From NCBI GenBank assembly GCA_046704725.1, contig JBJKRI010000005.1, forward strand, positions 209,579 through 273,578: 64,000 bases of DNA. The letters are read 5' to 3'. Every line of letters starts with the position of its first letter. Position 1 is the stretch's first letter. This document shows positions 21,035 through 31,511 of the stretch, piece after piece. A program made the position numbers and the translations under genes. The notes below the pieces were generated by a model. That model was not told the DNA's origin and did not search any database. It saw only the letters and a program-made list of their open reading frames with translations. The stretch comes from Candidatus Woesearchaeota archaeon. Lineage in GTDB: Archaea; Nanobdellota; Nanobdellia; Woesearchaeales; SKIA01.

Positions 21035-22051
21035 ATGGAGTCGTCGTCGGTGAGCAAATGGGCGTTCTTCGTGCTGCTCGCGTTCCTCGCGTACCTGGCG
21101 TATCTCGTACTCCAGCCGTTCATCGGCTACCTGCTGATGTCCGTCGTGCTCGTGATGATCTTCTTTCCCGTCTACCGCTGGCTCATCAAGCGTATGGGGC
21201 ATCCCAAGCTGTCCTCCCTCCTGCTCGTTCTCGCATTGCTCATCCTGCTGGTCGTTCCGAGCCTGTTCATCGGAGCGAAACTCATCCGCAGCGCTCCGCA
21301 AGCCTACGCGAGCGTGGTCAACCACGTGAACACCGCTCCCATCGAGAAGCTCATCCTCGACACGACCGGAGCGCATGTCGATGTGCAGAGCTGGCTGCAA
21401 GATTCCTCGCTGCGATTCCGGACCTATATGCTCGACAACGCGGGCGCGGTATTGAGCAGCGCGACGGGAGTCGCTATCGGATTGTTCATGCTGTTCTTCG
21501 CCATGTACTATCTGTTCACGGACGGCGACCGCGTCATGAAACGACTGCGCGAGGCGGTGCCGCTGCGCCCCCAGCACCAGGAACGGCTCATCGGAGAGGT
21601 CAACCAGGTCGTGCATGGCATCATCGAAGGACACTTGGTGACCGGCATGGTGCAAGGAGCGATCGGCGGGGTCATCTTCTGGATACTCGGTGTGCCGAAC
21701 GCGCTGTTCTGGGGATTCCTCATGGTGATCTTCAGCGTGATCCCCGCGCTCGGAGCGTTCATGGTATGGCTCCCGGTCACGATATGGCTGTTCTACACCC
21801 ACCAATACGTTGCGACGGTCGTGATGCTCGTGTCGGGACTGGTCATCAGCCAGATAGACAACTTCCTGCGGCCGTACATCGTGGGGCGCTACGCCGAAGT
21901 GCATCCCGTGCTCGTGGTCATCGGCGTGTTCGGCGGGCTCGCGGCCTTCGGCTTCGTCGGCTTCGTCCTCGGACCGCTGATCCTCGCCCTATTCATCAGC
22001 ATGCTGCGCTTCTACCGTCAGGAACTGCACGCCCCGAGCGATAACGCTTAA
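21035..22051 (+). CDS. AI-2E family transporter
   Basis: multi-TM, QG..GG, IP..G, IDNFLRP, HP, GF.LGP. Confidence 0.9.
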   Translation: MESSSVSKWAFFVLLAFLAYLAYLVLQPFIGYLLMSVVLVMIFFPVYRWLIKRMGHPKLSSLLLVLALLILLVVPSLFIGAKLIRSAPQAYASVVNHVNTAPIEKLILDTTGAHVDVQSWLQDSSLRFRTYMLDNAGAVLSSATGVAIGLFMLFFAMYYLFTDGDRVMKRLREAVPLRPQHQERLIGEVNQVVHGIIEGHLVTGMVQGAIGGVIFWILGVPNALFWGFLMVIFSVIPALGAFMVWLPVTIWLFYTHQYVATVVMLVSGLVISQIDNFLRPYIVGRYAEVHPVLVVIGVFGGLAAFGFVGFVLGPLILALFISMLRFYRQELHAPSDNA

Positions 22052-22077
22052 AAAGAAGCCAATGGTCCTCTTCTCAC

Positions 22078-22172
22078 GCCTCAGTAGCTCAGCCGGCCAG
22101 AGCGACGGTTTCGTATGGAAGACACTTCCAAGGAAGAACCGTAGGTCGGGGGTTCGAATCCCTCCTGAGGCT
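22078..22172 (+). tRNA. tRNA-Thr(CGT) with 21-nt intron at 37/38
   Basis: GCCTCAG/CTGAGGC acceptor stem, ACGGT/ACCGT anticodon stem, loop TT-CGT-A, intron TGGAAGACACTTCCAAGGAAG, GGTTCGAATC T-loop. Confidence 0.88.
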
Positions 22173-22250
22173 CGTCCGGGCACATCCTCTCTTTCTCCAC
22201 TGGACACGCGCCCGCGTCATCCTCTTCAATGCGTATCGCTTCTCTCCGCT

Positions 22251-22942
22251 ATGGGGCTGAAATACACGTTCAATACAGCTCAGCCGCTCACGCCGGCACT
22301 AAGTGAGTTCATCGGCGCTGTCATCGGAGACGGTTGCATGTCAACAAACAGGCGTCAAGTGTTTCTCACAGGAGATTCTGAGAAAGACAGAACATATTAT
22401 GAAACGGTAATCGCTCCGTATTGCCAACGAATATTTGGATTCTCTCCTTCCATTTACGTGCGGAAGGACGTGCCAAGAGCCATTATTCTCCAGATATCAA
22501 GCAAAGCGGTCTTCGACTTTCTGCACGACCGCTTCTCTATCCGACCGAACAAGACGCATACCGTGCGGATTCCTGATGAGATCATCGCGAAGCCGAAAAT
22601 GACCGTCGCCTGCCTCCGAGGGCTCTTCGATACGACGGAGGCGTGGGATTCGACCGCCGACCTGCGTACAGCAAACCGTACATTCGCCTGAACTTCACCA
22701 CTTCGAGCGAACATCTCTCACGACAGGTGTCAGTCGCGTTGCAAAGTCTCGACATACAACATAGTCTCCGGAAGAAGACCAGGAGGTACTGTTACCAGAT
22801 CCAAATCAACGGACCTCAGCGTGTCGCGCGTTTCCTCAGGCTTGTTGGGTTCTCCAATCCGAGGCATCTCTTAAGACTTCCGTGTGACATGCTGCGTGAT
22901 ATCTGGCCGTTCGTGTTCAACTCCGAAGGCTTCATTCCTTGA
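22251..22942 (+). pseudogene. LAGLIDADG homing endonuclease, two motifs, frameshifted near 22633
   Basis: EFIGAVIGDG and LRGLFDT/DG; the second motif continues (DGGVGFDRR...) in another frame after a 1-nt deficit. Confidence 0.8.
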
Positions 22943-23525
22943 ACCGCGACTTCCCTTTCTGCGACGCCCACGCCATGATGATGCTCACCACGATGACGCC
23001 TCCGATGAGCAGCAAGGCGACAGAGTCCCAGATCTTGAGGGCGTGCGAGAGCGCCGCGATGGAGACTCCCGAGTAATAGCCGAGCAGCGTGAAGACCAAT
23101 GAGTAGCCCGTGCTCATGGGGATCGACAAGGAGATGAACTTGCGGAAGTCCATGCGCGTCACGCCCGCCGAGATGAGCCCTGGGACGGGGACGAACAGCT
23201 TGGAGGCGAGCAGGGTCTTCACGGGATGCTCGCGGAACAATCCCTCGAACGAACGGAGGCGCTCGTCGGTGACCCCGACGCGCGGACCGTACCTATCAAC
23301 CAGCCGTGCGCGGCCGAAACGTCCCACGGAATACAAGACGATGTCGCCGATGACGTTTCCCAGCGCGGAGAGCGCGAGGATGAGGTAGACGTTGAGCAGG
23401 CCGATGGACGCCGCCATGGCCGCAGCGAAGGTCGTGATGGGGCCCTCCACGACGAAAATCACCGCGAGCAGGGGATAGCCTGCCGTCTGCACGAAAGCGA
23501 GCAGTCCAGTGGCTGGGGCGACCAT
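22932..23525 (-). CDS. DedA family membrane protein
   Basis: GNVIGD.VLY.VGR, AG...M.F.KF, LGY. Confidence 0.85.
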   Translation of the reverse strand: MVAPATGLLAFVQTAGYPLLAVIFVVEGPITTFAAAMAASIGLLNVYLILALSALGNVIGDIVLYSVGRFGRARLVDRYGPRVGVTDERLRSFEGLFREHPVKTLLASKLFVPVPGLISAGVTRMDFRKFISLSIPMSTGYSLVFTLLGYYSGVSIAALSHALKIWDSVALLLIGGVIVVSIIMAWASQKGKSRFKE

Positions 23526-23633
23526 CGGTCCCTCACGTGAGAAGGGTGTTTAAATCCTTACTGTCGCGCCGACGCTCTTGCAGCACAGGAGACTATAAAT
23601 AGAGGCTATCCGCAGACGTTTTCGGGGGTAACC

Positions 23634-24530
23634 ATGCAGAAATATCTCGATATGCTCCGCCACATCCTCGCGTACGGGACGGAGAAAGGCGACAGGACAG
23701 GGACGGGAACGATCAGTGTCTTCGGATACCAGATACGCTTCGACCTCTCGGAGGGATTCCCGCTGCTCACGACGAAGAAGATGTACACGCGAGGCATCTT
23801 CGCCGAGCTCATGTGGTTCTTGCGGGGGGACACGAACATCCGCACGCTCGTCGAGCAGAAAGTGAACATCTGGAACGCGGACGCGTACCGGGCGTACCGC
23901 GGATCGCTCGATTTCCAAGGGGAGACGGAGGAGGAGTTCGTCGAGAAGATACTCACGGACGACGACTTCGCCGCGCGGCAAGGAGACCTCGGCCCCGTGT
24001 ACGGGGCGCAATGGCGCAACTTCGGCGGGGTCGACCAGATCCAGCGCGTCATCACCAGCCTCGAGAAGAGCCCGGACAGCAGGCGCCACATCGTCACCGC
24101 GTGGAACCCGGTCGACGTCGACACCATGGCGCTGCCGCCTTGCCACGTGCTCTTCCAGTTCTACGTGAGCGACGGCAAGCTCAGCTGCCAGCTCTACCAG
24201 CGCAGCGCCGACGCTTTCCTCGGCGTGCCGTTCAACATCGCGAGCTACGCGGCGCTCACGATGATGATGGCGCACGTGCTCGGATACGAGCCCGGAGAGT
24301 TCGTGCACACCTTCGGCGACCTGCACATCTACAAGAACCACACGAAGCAGGTGCGCGAACAACTGCGCAGGAAGCCCTATCCCCTGCCGAAACTCTGGCT
24401 CAACCCGGAGATCAAGGACCTGTTCGACTTCACCATAAAGGACATCAAGGTGAAGGACTACCAATACCATGAGCGGCTCACAGCACCCCTCAACTCGGAG
24501 ACCGTGGTCGCGCAGGTGATCGGTAAATGA
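23634..24530 (+). CDS. thyA: thymidylate synthase
   Basis: [50 protein letters not shown]. Confidence 0.97.
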   Translation: MQKYLDMLRHILAYGTEKGDRTGTGTISVFGYQIRFDLSEGFPLLTTKKMYTRGIFAELMWFLRGDTNIRTLVEQKVNIWNADAYRAYRGSLDFQGETEEEFVEKILTDDDFAARQGDLGPVYGAQWRNFGGVDQIQRVITSLEKSPDSRRHIVTAWNPVDVDTMALPPCHVLFQFYVSDGKLSCQLYQRSADAFLGVPFNIASYAALTMMMAHVLGYEPGEFVHTFGDLHIYKNHTKQVREQLRRKPYPLPKLWLNPEIKDLFDFTIKDIKVKDYQYHERLTAPLNSETVVAQVIGK

Positions 24531-25750
24531 GCCTCTCCGCGGACGACCCCGAGATCTCCGCGGCGATTCGGGCTGAGGCGGACCGCCAACGACACACCCT
24601 CAACATGATCCCCTCCGAGAACATCGTCTCGGACGACGTGCGAGAAGCCTCGTCGAGCGTGCTCATGCACAAGTACAGCGAAGGGTATCCTGGGAAGCGC
24701 TACTATCAGGGCAACGCGCACATCGATGTTGTGGAGCGCATCGCGATCGAACGCGCCAAGGCCTTGTTCGGCGCGGACCACGCGAACGTGCAGCCGCTCT
24801 CGGGAAGCCCAGCGAACTTCTCGGTCTATCTCGCGCTGCTCGAACCTGGAGACGTCATCCTCGGTATGGATCTCGCGAGCGGCGGACACCTCACGCACGG
24901 GAGCACAGTCAACTTCAGCGGGAAGATCTACAAGGCCGTGGGCTACGGCGTGGACGAGAAGACGAAGTGGATAGATATGGAAGCGGTGCGTCGACTGGCG
25001 AGAAAGCACAAGCCGCGCATCATCGTGAGCGGCCACTCGGCGTATCCGAGAGCGATCGATTTCGCGGCGTTCGGGAGGATCGCGAAGGAGGTGGGGGCGT
25101 ACCACCTCGCCGACATGTCGCACATCGCGGGCCTGGTCGCCACGGGAAAACACGAGAATCCCGTGCCGCACGCCGACGTCGTGACGAGCACGACGCACAA
25201 GACCTTGCGGGGACCGCGCGGAGCGATCATCCTGTGCAGGGAAGAGCACGCGAAAGCCATCGACAAGGCGGTGTTCCCCGGAAGCCAGGGCGGACCGCAC
25301 AACCACATGATCGCCGCGAAGGCCGTGGCGTTCCGGGAAGCGTCATCGCCCCGTTTCGCCGACTACATCGATATCGTCGTGAAGAGCGCGTCGCGCCTCG
25401 CAGAACTGCTCTCGGCGCACGGATTGTCATTGGTCACCGGAGGAACGGACAACCATCTGCTCCTCATCGACCTGACGCCGACGCACGGCGCGGGGAACGG
25501 GCGGAAGATCGCCCAAGCGCTCGAGCGCGCGGGAGTCATCGCGAACGCGAACGGCGTGCCGTTCGATTCCGCCCCGCCGTACCGTCCGAGCGGACTGCGA
25601 TTAGGGACGCCGATGCTCGTGAGCCAGGGCTTCGGCGTAGAGGATATGGACTGGGTGGCCTCGTGCATCACCCGCACGCTCGACCATCCGGAGGACGAGG
25701 GGCTGCTCGACGCGATCGCCGCAGAGGTGCGCAAGCGATGCGACAGCTGA
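24527..25750 (+). CDS. glyA: serine hydroxymethyltransferase
   Basis: [41 protein letters not shown]. Confidence 0.96.
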   Translation: MSLSADDPEISAAIRAEADRQRHTLNMIPSENIVSDDVREASSSVLMHKYSEGYPGKRYYQGNAHIDVVERIAIERAKALFGADHANVQPLSGSPANFSVYLALLEPGDVILGMDLASGGHLTHGSTVNFSGKIYKAVGYGVDEKTKWIDMEAVRRLARKHKPRIIVSGHSAYPRAIDFAAFGRIAKEVGAYHLADMSHIAGLVATGKHENPVPHADVVTSTTHKTLRGPRGAIILCREEHAKAIDKAVFPGSQGGPHNHMIAAKAVAFREASSPRFADYIDIVVKSASRLAELLSAHGLSLVTGGTDNHLLLIDLTPTHGAGNGRKIAQALERAGVIANANGVPFDSAPPYRPSGLRLGTPMLVSQGFGVEDMDWVASCITRTLDHPEDEGLLDAIAAEVRKRCDS

Positions 25751-26907
25751 GCTATGCCGAGAGCGTCTCGGCGCTCTATCAGAAACGCGAGCACGCCGAC
25801 ATGCACTATCGCCTGGAGGACATGCGCGCGGCGTGCGCAGCGCTGGAGAACCCGCAACGCTCGTTCCGCAGCCTGCACATCGCCGGGACCAATGGCAAGG
25901 GATCGGCGGCGTGCATGGCAGCGACCATCTTCGGAGTTGGTCGACGCGTGGGCCTGTACACTTCCCCGCATCTCATCGACATCCGCGAACGCATCCAGGT
26001 CGATGGAGAGCCGATCACGCCAGCGGACTTCGCGCGGCTCTATGTGCGGGTCGCCGGCTTCGGGCTGAGCTTCTTCGAGACGGTCACGCTCATCGCCTTC
26101 CTGTATTTCGCTGAACGGCACGTGGACCTCGCCGTCATCGAGGTGGGGCTCGGCGGCCGGCTCGACGCGACGAACGTGCTCGACGGGGACGTCGCTGCCA
26201 TCACGAGCATCGGACTCGACCACATATCCGTGCTCGGCGACACGCCCGAGCACATCGCTACTGAGAAAGCAGGCATCATCAAGCACGGACAGGACGTGGT
26301 CATCACCACGGACAATCGATCATTGTCGACGGTCTTCGAGGAGACCACGAGAGAGCGGGGCGCGCGGATCCATTGGGCTGCGCCCTACACGGGACGCGTC
26401 GGGATGCGCGGGCCCGTCCAGCGGCTCAACGCAGGGGTCGCTGCCGCGGCGTGCCGATTGCTCGGCGCGAGCGAAACGGACATCGAGCACGGTATCGCTG
26501 TCGCGCGATGGCCAGGACGCTTCGAGCGCGTGGGACAGCGTCTGATAGTGGACGGCGCGCACAACGCGCAGGCGCTTGAGCGCCTCGGAGCGTTCCTGCG
26601 CAGCGAGGGGATGCGGCCGAGCGTGGTCTTCGGGACCTCTCAGGGTCGGCCCGCCGACACCGCGTCGTTCCTGCCGTCGAGCGCGCTCATCCTCACGCAG
26701 TCCGGCCAACGCTTCGCGACCCCCGTGTCGCTGCTCGCCGGCGAGCGCAAGGAGCCCGACCTGCGAAAAGCGCTGCTCTCTGCGCTGGAATCATGCCTTC
26801 CTGGCGAGGACGTGCTCGTGACTGGTTCGCTCTATCTCGTGGGGGATGTTTTCGCGCTGCTGCGAGAGGACGAGACGCTCAGACACGCGTTCGGGGTGGA
26901 GCGGTGA
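25738..26907 (+). CDS. folC: folylpolyglutamate/dihydrofolate synthase
   Basis: HIAGTNGKGS, YTSPHL, EVGLGGRLDATN, WPGR, DGAHN, TGSLYLVG; start inferred at 25738. Confidence 0.93.
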   Translation: MRQLSYAESVSALYQKREHADMHYRLEDMRAACAALENPQRSFRSLHIAGTNGKGSAACMAATIFGVGRRVGLYTSPHLIDIRERIQVDGEPITPADFARLYVRVAGFGLSFFETVTLIAFLYFAERHVDLAVIEVGLGGRLDATNVLDGDVAAITSIGLDHISVLGDTPEHIATEKAGIIKHGQDVVITTDNRSLSTVFEETTRERGARIHWAAPYTGRVGMRGPVQRLNAGVAAAACRLLGASETDIEHGIAVARWPGRFERVGQRLIVDGAHNAQALERLGAFLRSEGMRPSVVFGTSQGRPADTASFLPSSALILTQSGQRFATPVSLLAGERKEPDLRKALLSALESCLPGEDVLVTGSLYLVGDVFALLREDETLRHAFGVER

Positions 26908-27380
26908 TCGCGGTCATCGTGGCCATGACGTGTGACGGCGTGATCGGGCGCGACGGGAAGCTGCCGTGGCACCTGCCCGAGGACCTCAAGAATTTCAAGC
27001 GCCTCACGTCGGGCCATCCGGTGATCATGGGGCGGCGGACGTTCGAGAGCATCGGCCGGCCATTGCCGCACCGGCAGAACATCGTGCTGAGCACGCGCGT
27101 GGAGCCAATAGATGGCGTGACCGTGGCCCGCAGCCTGTCGGAAGCGTTCGGTCTTGCGCAAGGCGATCCGGTCTTCATCATCGGCGGGGCGTCTGTCTAC
27201 GCTGCGGCGCTCCCCGAAGCGGACGTCCTCTATGTCTCTTGGGTGGATGGGACTGTGGAGGGAGACACATCCTTTCCCGCGGTGGACTGGTCGGCCTGGA
27301 AAGAGGAATCTTCGGAGCGACGGGAAGGCTTCACCTTCTCGACGTACATCAGAAGCGCGCCAGAAGCTCGTCCTTCTTGA
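26904..27380 (+). CDS. folA: dihydrofolate reductase
   Basis: VIG.DGKLPW.LPEDL, IMGRRTFESI..PLP.R.NIV, IIGG, GDT.FP; GTGA overlap with folC. Confidence 0.94.
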   Translation: MIAVIVAMTCDGVIGRDGKLPWHLPEDLKNFKRLTSGHPVIMGRRTFESIGRPLPHRQNIVLSTRVEPIDGVTVARSLSEAFGLAQGDPVFIIGGASVYAAALPEADVLYVSWVDGTVEGDTSFPAVDWSAWKEESSERREGFTFSTYIRSAPEARPS

Positions 27381-27501
27381 AGGCGCGCTGGCACTCGAAA
27401 CAGACCACGTGGCGCTTGCCCTTCGCGTCCTTGACGTAGGTGCCGACGATCTTGCCCAAGAATGTCTTCTGGATGGGTTGTTTGCACGACGCGCATTTCA
27501 T
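27349..27501 (-). CDS. small C4 zinc-finger protein
   Basis: MKCASC...FLGKIVGT...VCFEC, 50 aa. Confidence 0.75.
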   Translation of the reverse strand: MKCASCKQPIQKTFLGKIVGTYVKDAKGKRHVVCFECQRAFKKDELLARF

Positions 27502-27572
27502 GCGATGAGCGACATTCGCGGAGCATAAATGCATGACGATACTATTAAATAGTGATTACGTGTGGCGGATAT

Positions 27573-28049
27573 ATGCGAGTGCTGTGGGATTCCAGCAGGT
27601 TCTACAGCCGCGTCTCGCCGTCCGAAGAGACGCGACTCCACGCAGTAGTCTCCACGACAGGCGATTATCTGAGACGTCGGTCGCGCGAGCACCTCATCGC
27701 GGGCGTCGGGGGCATCCTGACCAAACCGCTCGCCGCGGACGCGACGGACATCGACATCGTCGTGGTCAGCGGAGTCGATGCCGTCCTCGACGACTATGTC
27801 GCCCTCTTGAGCGCGAAGTTGTCGTCCACGGAGGCGGCGGTGGTCGCGAAGGCCGGTGACCGCTCGGGAGAGGTCGTCAGGATCGCCCCGAGGGAATCCG
27901 GTCTCGATCCGCGGCTGTACGTGTCCTCAGCGGTCCGGGTCGGATTCACCCACGGCCGGCCGATGGACGTGCATTGGGCTGTGACGGATCCTGAGACCTG
28001 GTGCCATGCGCAAGAGGAATTCGCACTACCGTACGCCGTGCTTGATTGA
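27573..28049 (+). CDS. hypothetical protein, possible minimal nucleotidyltransferase fold
   Basis: GVGG...DIDIVV and a later MDV. Confidence 0.45.
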   Translation: MRVLWDSSRFYSRVSPSEETRLHAVVSTTGDYLRRRSREHLIAGVGGILTKPLAADATDIDIVVVSGVDAVLDDYVALLSAKLSSTEAAVVAKAGDRSGEVVRIAPRESGLDPRLYVSSAVRVGFTHGRPMDVHWAVTDPETWCHAQEEFALPYAVLD

Positions 28050-28053
28050 GCTT

Positions 28054-28359
28054 CTACAAGTCCATCCGGGCGAGGATGTTATCGAGGCGCTGCGCCAAGG
28101 CGCGGACGCGCTCGGCGTCATGGCGAAGCGTGTCGTTGACATAGCCGATGGACTCCTCGTTGCGCAATATCTCGTTCAGACGCTTGCGGAGCTGCTCGCA
28201 ATAATCGATATGGGCGCGCAGCGTGTCCTGGTCGTGATAACCCATGTCCGCGCTGCGGCGGATCTGGTCGACGCTGCGGCGCTCCTCCGCGGAGAGCTCG
28301 TATCCTTGATAATCGCGTGGATTGTCGTAGGTGGGATCCATATCGACCATAAGGGTCAT
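28054..28359 (-). CDS. hypothetical helical protein
   Basis: ~100-aa natural-looking ORF; start uncertain. Confidence 0.55.
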   Translation of the reverse strand: MTLMVDMDPTYDNPRDYQGYELSAEERRSVDQIRRSADMGYHDQDTLRAHIDYCEQLRKRLNEILRNEESIGYVNDTLRHDAERVRALAQRLDNILARMDL

Positions 28360-28425
28360 ATAGTGTATGAAGCCTAAAAGCATTCCTGAAGCTTTAAGAA
28401 TGGATGGACGGTCCCTAGTATATAC

Positions 28426-28499
28426 GGGGTTGTGGTCTAGCTTGGTATGATTCGCGGCTGGGGGCCGCGAGATCCCCGGTTCGAATCCGGGCAGCCCCA
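28426..28499 (+). tRNA. tRNA-Pro(GGG)
   Basis: GGGGTTG/CAGCCCC acceptor stem, CGCGG-CTGGGGG-CCGCG anticodon arm, GGTTCGAATCC. Confidence 0.93.
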
Positions 28500-28606
28500 T
28501 CCGTTCTTTTCTTCGTCGTTGGGGTTCGGTATTGGGCCCAGCGTCCTCTTTCACCTTCGGGGAATGCCAACACAAGGCTTAAGAGGGCATTTGCCGGTGG
28601 GGATGC

Positions 28607-29368
28607 ATGCCCGACGACGCCCTGCGGTACGTGCGCAAACGACGCGGAGAGGGCGCGTCCGACGATGACGTCGCGCTCGAGCTCGTGCGCACGGGGATGA
28701 CGCCCGAGGAAGCGGAAGAGGCGTTGCTTTCCGCGGGACGGCCTCGTAGGAAGGTGCGGGTTCCTCCTGCGCGTCCGGTGCGGCGCAAGACGGACTACCG
28801 GATGCTCGTGCTCGGGACAGGAGTATTGGTGTGCATCGCGTTCATCACGCTCGGCGTGATCGGACTGCTGCAGACCGATAGTGTCCCTGCGCAGAACAGC
28901 ACCGTGCAGACGCAGCCCGTGCAAGCGATGCCTCCCGGTCCCCCGGTCGTGTGCGACACCTGGCCGTGCATCGAACAGGCAGCCGTGGCGTGCCACGAGG
29001 CGAACTATACGTACACCTCGACGGTGGATTTGCTGGGGACGTTGGTGACGAGCACGCGACGTCTGGGGATACTCAGTCCTGCGGGCGACCTGTGCAACGT
29101 GCGCTTCACGACATTGTCGGAGACCATCGCCTTCTCCAAGAGCCTCCGCGACCGGATGCGCGCGCAAGGGAAGAGCGCGATGGAGATACAAGGAGCGCTG
29201 GATAGCGCTCGCGCGAACATCCCGACAGCGGTACAGAACGGGTATGGGACGTGCACGATCGATGGTGGGAAGCTCGCGCAATCGCTCGCGCAATGGGCGT
29301 CGGGGAGCGGAAGCGTGCATGATATCGCGCAGTACTGCACCGGGCCGCTGTTCAATTACACTGGCTGA
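28607..29368 (+). CDS. single-TM protein with Cys-containing extracellular domain
   Basis: helical N-domain, TM segment, several Cys. Confidence 0.7.
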   Translation: MPDDALRYVRKRRGEGASDDDVALELVRTGMTPEEAEEALLSAGRPRRKVRVPPARPVRRKTDYRMLVLGTGVLVCIAFITLGVIGLLQTDSVPAQNSTVQTQPVQAMPPGPPVVCDTWPCIEQAAVACHEANYTYTSTVDLLGTLVTSTRRLGILSPAGDLCNVRFTTLSETIAFSKSLRDRMRAQGKSAMEIQGALDSARANIPTAVQNGYGTCTIDGGKLAQSLAQWASGSGSVHDIAQYCTGPLFNYTG

Positions 29369-29853
29369 GCATTCCCCTGCCAGCGCGGGAACAAGCAGGG
29401 CAACTGCTGCGGCGCGTACAATCCTGGTCTGGTGGCGAAAAGCTGCAAAGCGCTGTGATAGACCCCTCTTTCGATGCTATCTCCTGTATTGCTGAACAGG
29501 ATCCTGCGGGGAAACGTCTTGCGGGCGTGCTGGCGGATGAACGTGTCGGTGTCTTTGATGGCGTTGGCAGCGGGCCGAGCAACCTCCTCTTGGCGGAGGT
29601 AACCGAGCATCTGCGTGAGGGTGGCTTGCGCGCGGAACACCTCCAGATATGTCGGGACGCGACGCATGGTGATGGCGATGGGCGGAAAGACGGCGTACAA
29701 TATGCGGTATCCTGCTTCGCTGGGGAGCCGGCGTTCAAGAGCGTCTACATCGAGGACATCCTGGTCGTAGAGCGCGGGCGGTTCGTGCGCCAGGTGAGCG
29801 GCTATCGCTCGATCACGCCCAACGAAGAATTCCCTGCGCTTGTCCGGGTGCAT
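29356..29853 (-). CDS. hypothetical protein
   Basis: 165-aa ORF with TATA-like site upstream. Confidence 0.5.
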   Translation of the reverse strand: MHPDKRREFFVGRDRAIAAHLAHEPPALYDQDVLDVDALERRLPSEAGYRILYAVFPPIAITMRRVPTYLEVFRAQATLTQMLGYLRQEEVARPAANAIKDTDTFIRQHARKTFPRRILFSNTGDSIERGVYHSALQLFATRPGLYAPQQLPCLFPRWQGNAQPV

Positions 29854-29896
29854 ACGATGGGCAATTTCCGGCCCTATTTAAGCGTGGTTTCTTGGA

Positions 29897-30157
29897 CTAC
29901 TTCGCGAACGCGTTGTACAGCAACGCGACCAGCGCGCCGGCTATGGCGCCGTCCGCGAAGCCCCAGAGCGCGCCGATGATCCCTCCGATGAAGGACGGAG
30001 CGAAGCCGATGTAGAGGAAGGCGATGGGTCCGACAAGGCCCGCGCCCCAGCCGAGGGCTGCCGCCCAACCGAGGAAGAGCATGTACAGGCCCCACGTGAG
30101 GCCGAAGGCCAGAGTGGCTGCGCGGACGCTCATCTTGGAAGATCTCTCTTTTGCCAT
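29897..30157 (-). CDS. small 2-3 TM membrane protein
   Basis: Gly/Ala-rich helices, LYIG..PS.IG.IIG..WGF.DG...LYN. Confidence 0.75.
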   Translation of the reverse strand: MAKERSSKMSVRAATLAFGLTWGLYMLFLGWAAALGWGAGLVGPIAFLYIGFAPSFIGGIIGALWGFADGAIAGALVALLYNAFAK

Positions 30158-30212
30158 GACCTACGTAATGGAGCGTATTCTTTTTAAATGGGTCGGTGTT
30201 CTCCCGCGATAC

Positions 30213-30287
30213 GCCCCTGTAGTGTAGTCCGGCCAATCATTTCGCCCTCTCGAGGCGAAGACTCGGGTTCGAATCCCGGCGGGGGCA
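30213..30287 (+). tRNA. tRNA-Glu(CTC), integration target
   Basis: GCCCCTG/CGGGGGC acceptor stem, TCGCC-CTCTCGA-GGCGA anticodon arm, GGTTCGAATCC. Confidence 0.93.
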
Positions 30288-30288
30288 T
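30274..30288 (+). repeat. attL core TCCCGGCGGGGGCAT
   Basis: 3' end of tRNA-Glu; identical copy at 48471-48485. Confidence 0.88.
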
Positions 30289-30338
30289 CGCGCTGGCGGT
30301 ATTCTTTATGCCTACCTGATATAAAAGGAGGCAGCATC

Positions 30339-31511
30339 TTGAAGAATATGACAGCAGCGTTCGACGCCGCGAAGGAAGAGGGCCGGATAAGCCCAGAAGA
30401 CGCCGAACATTTTGAGGATTTCATCAGGGAGTACGGCACCCTGAACAAGCTCTCAAAGAGCTCTAAGTACAAGTACTATTACGTGGCCGCCACGTTCCTT
30501 GGGTGGCTGCACGAGCGCGGCAAGACCTTGACCACGATCGACAGGGATACGGCGTTAGAAATCATCCAGTGGCTCCAGGAGAGCGCCTGGGGAGAGGAGA
30601 CGAGGGAAAGCTACATGGATCGCTTCACCCGGATCTACAAGCACGTGGCGGAGCGCAAGGGTCTTGAGAAGACAGAGGGCTACAAGATACTCGGAAACTA
30701 CCGCTACAAGATAGACCAGAACAACGTCACGAAGAAGGGTATTCTGCGTCCAGAGGAAGTGCTTCGGCTGGTGCATGCGGAGCATGAGCTCTGCTACAAA
30801 GCTTTCTTCGCCGTCCTCTATGAGAGTGGAATGCGTAAACAGGAGATTAGGAGCATCAGACTGCAAGATGTGGAAGCAAAGGGCGATAAGTACGTCCTGC
30901 ACATGCAAGAGAGCAAAACCAAAATCAGACCCATTACGCTTATGGAGTTCTCAGTAGCCTACCTCAGGCAGTGGCTACATTACCATCCGACGAAGGGCGA
31001 CCCGGAATCAAAGTTGTTCCTCAACGCTCACGGACGACCCATCTCCGGCGCCATGGCGAACAAGAGGATCAGACAATTGCTCGCAAGAACTGGGATCAAG
31101 ACGAAAAAGATCACCATGCATAGCTTTAGACACTCCAAAGCGACCGAGATGGCAGAGATCCTGAATGAGTTCCAGATGTGCAAGATGTTTGGGTGGGGCA
31201 TAGGCAGCGATATGCCACGGCAGTATATCAGAGAGCAGAATATCGATGTCACGCGAAGTATCATGCGTGCAAGAGGGATGGTTGAAGAAGAGCATCAAAG
31301 ACCACCTGGAAAAATTTGTTTATCCTGCTCACAACAGAATGCGCTTGAAGCTAAGTACTGCGACAACTGCAAATTACCTTTGGACAGAACTCGATACGAA
31401 GCTGTGAAGCAGAACATGGACAATGAACGCATGATTCGCGCGATCATGGAGGAGAAGCACAAGGAAATCCTCCAAGTACTGCGGCAGGAGCTAAAACTCC
31501 AACCCACTTAG
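30339..31511 (+). CDS. tyrosine recombinase/integrase with C-terminal Zn ribbon
   Basis: YESGMR (R), ESKT (K), HSFRH, FGW, PRQY (Y), CLSC...CDNC; alternative start ATG 30348. Confidence 0.93.
   Translation: MKNMTAAFDAAKEEGRISPEDAEHFEDFIREYGTLNKLSKSSKYKYYYVAATFLGWLHERGKTLTTIDRDTALEIIQWLQESAWGEETRESYMDRFTRIYKHVAERKGLEKTEGYKILGNYRYKIDQNNVTKKGILRPEEVLRLVHAEHELCYKAFFAVLYESGMRKQEIRSIRLQDVEAKGDKYVLHMQESKTKIRPITLMEFSVAYLRQWLHYHPTKGDPESKLFLNAHGRPISGAMANKRIRQLLARTGIKTKKITMHSFRHSKATEMAEILNEFQMCKMFGWGIGSDMPRQYIREQNIDVTRSIMRARGMVEEEHQRPPGKICLSCSQQNALEAKYCDNCKLPLDRTRYEAVKQNMDNERMIRAIMEEKHKEILQVLRQELKLQPT

Noticed and set aside
22196-22204. Third TCCACTGGA copy upstream of the LAGLIDADG gene
   Set aside because: Only 9 bp, plausible by chance in 64 kb, and not next to a TATA box.
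22062-22250. ORF extension through tRNA-Thr, likewise 28360-28575, 30161-30472 and 60007-60399
   Set aside because: Reading frames crossing tRNA genes by chance.
24967-26907. 646-aa ORF suggesting a FolC fusion
   Set aside because: The first ~257 aa are an off-frame overlap of glyA; FolC starts at 25738.
29897-30157. Holin-like gene as part of the element
   Set aside because: It lies outside attL, has host-like composition and has no lysis partners.
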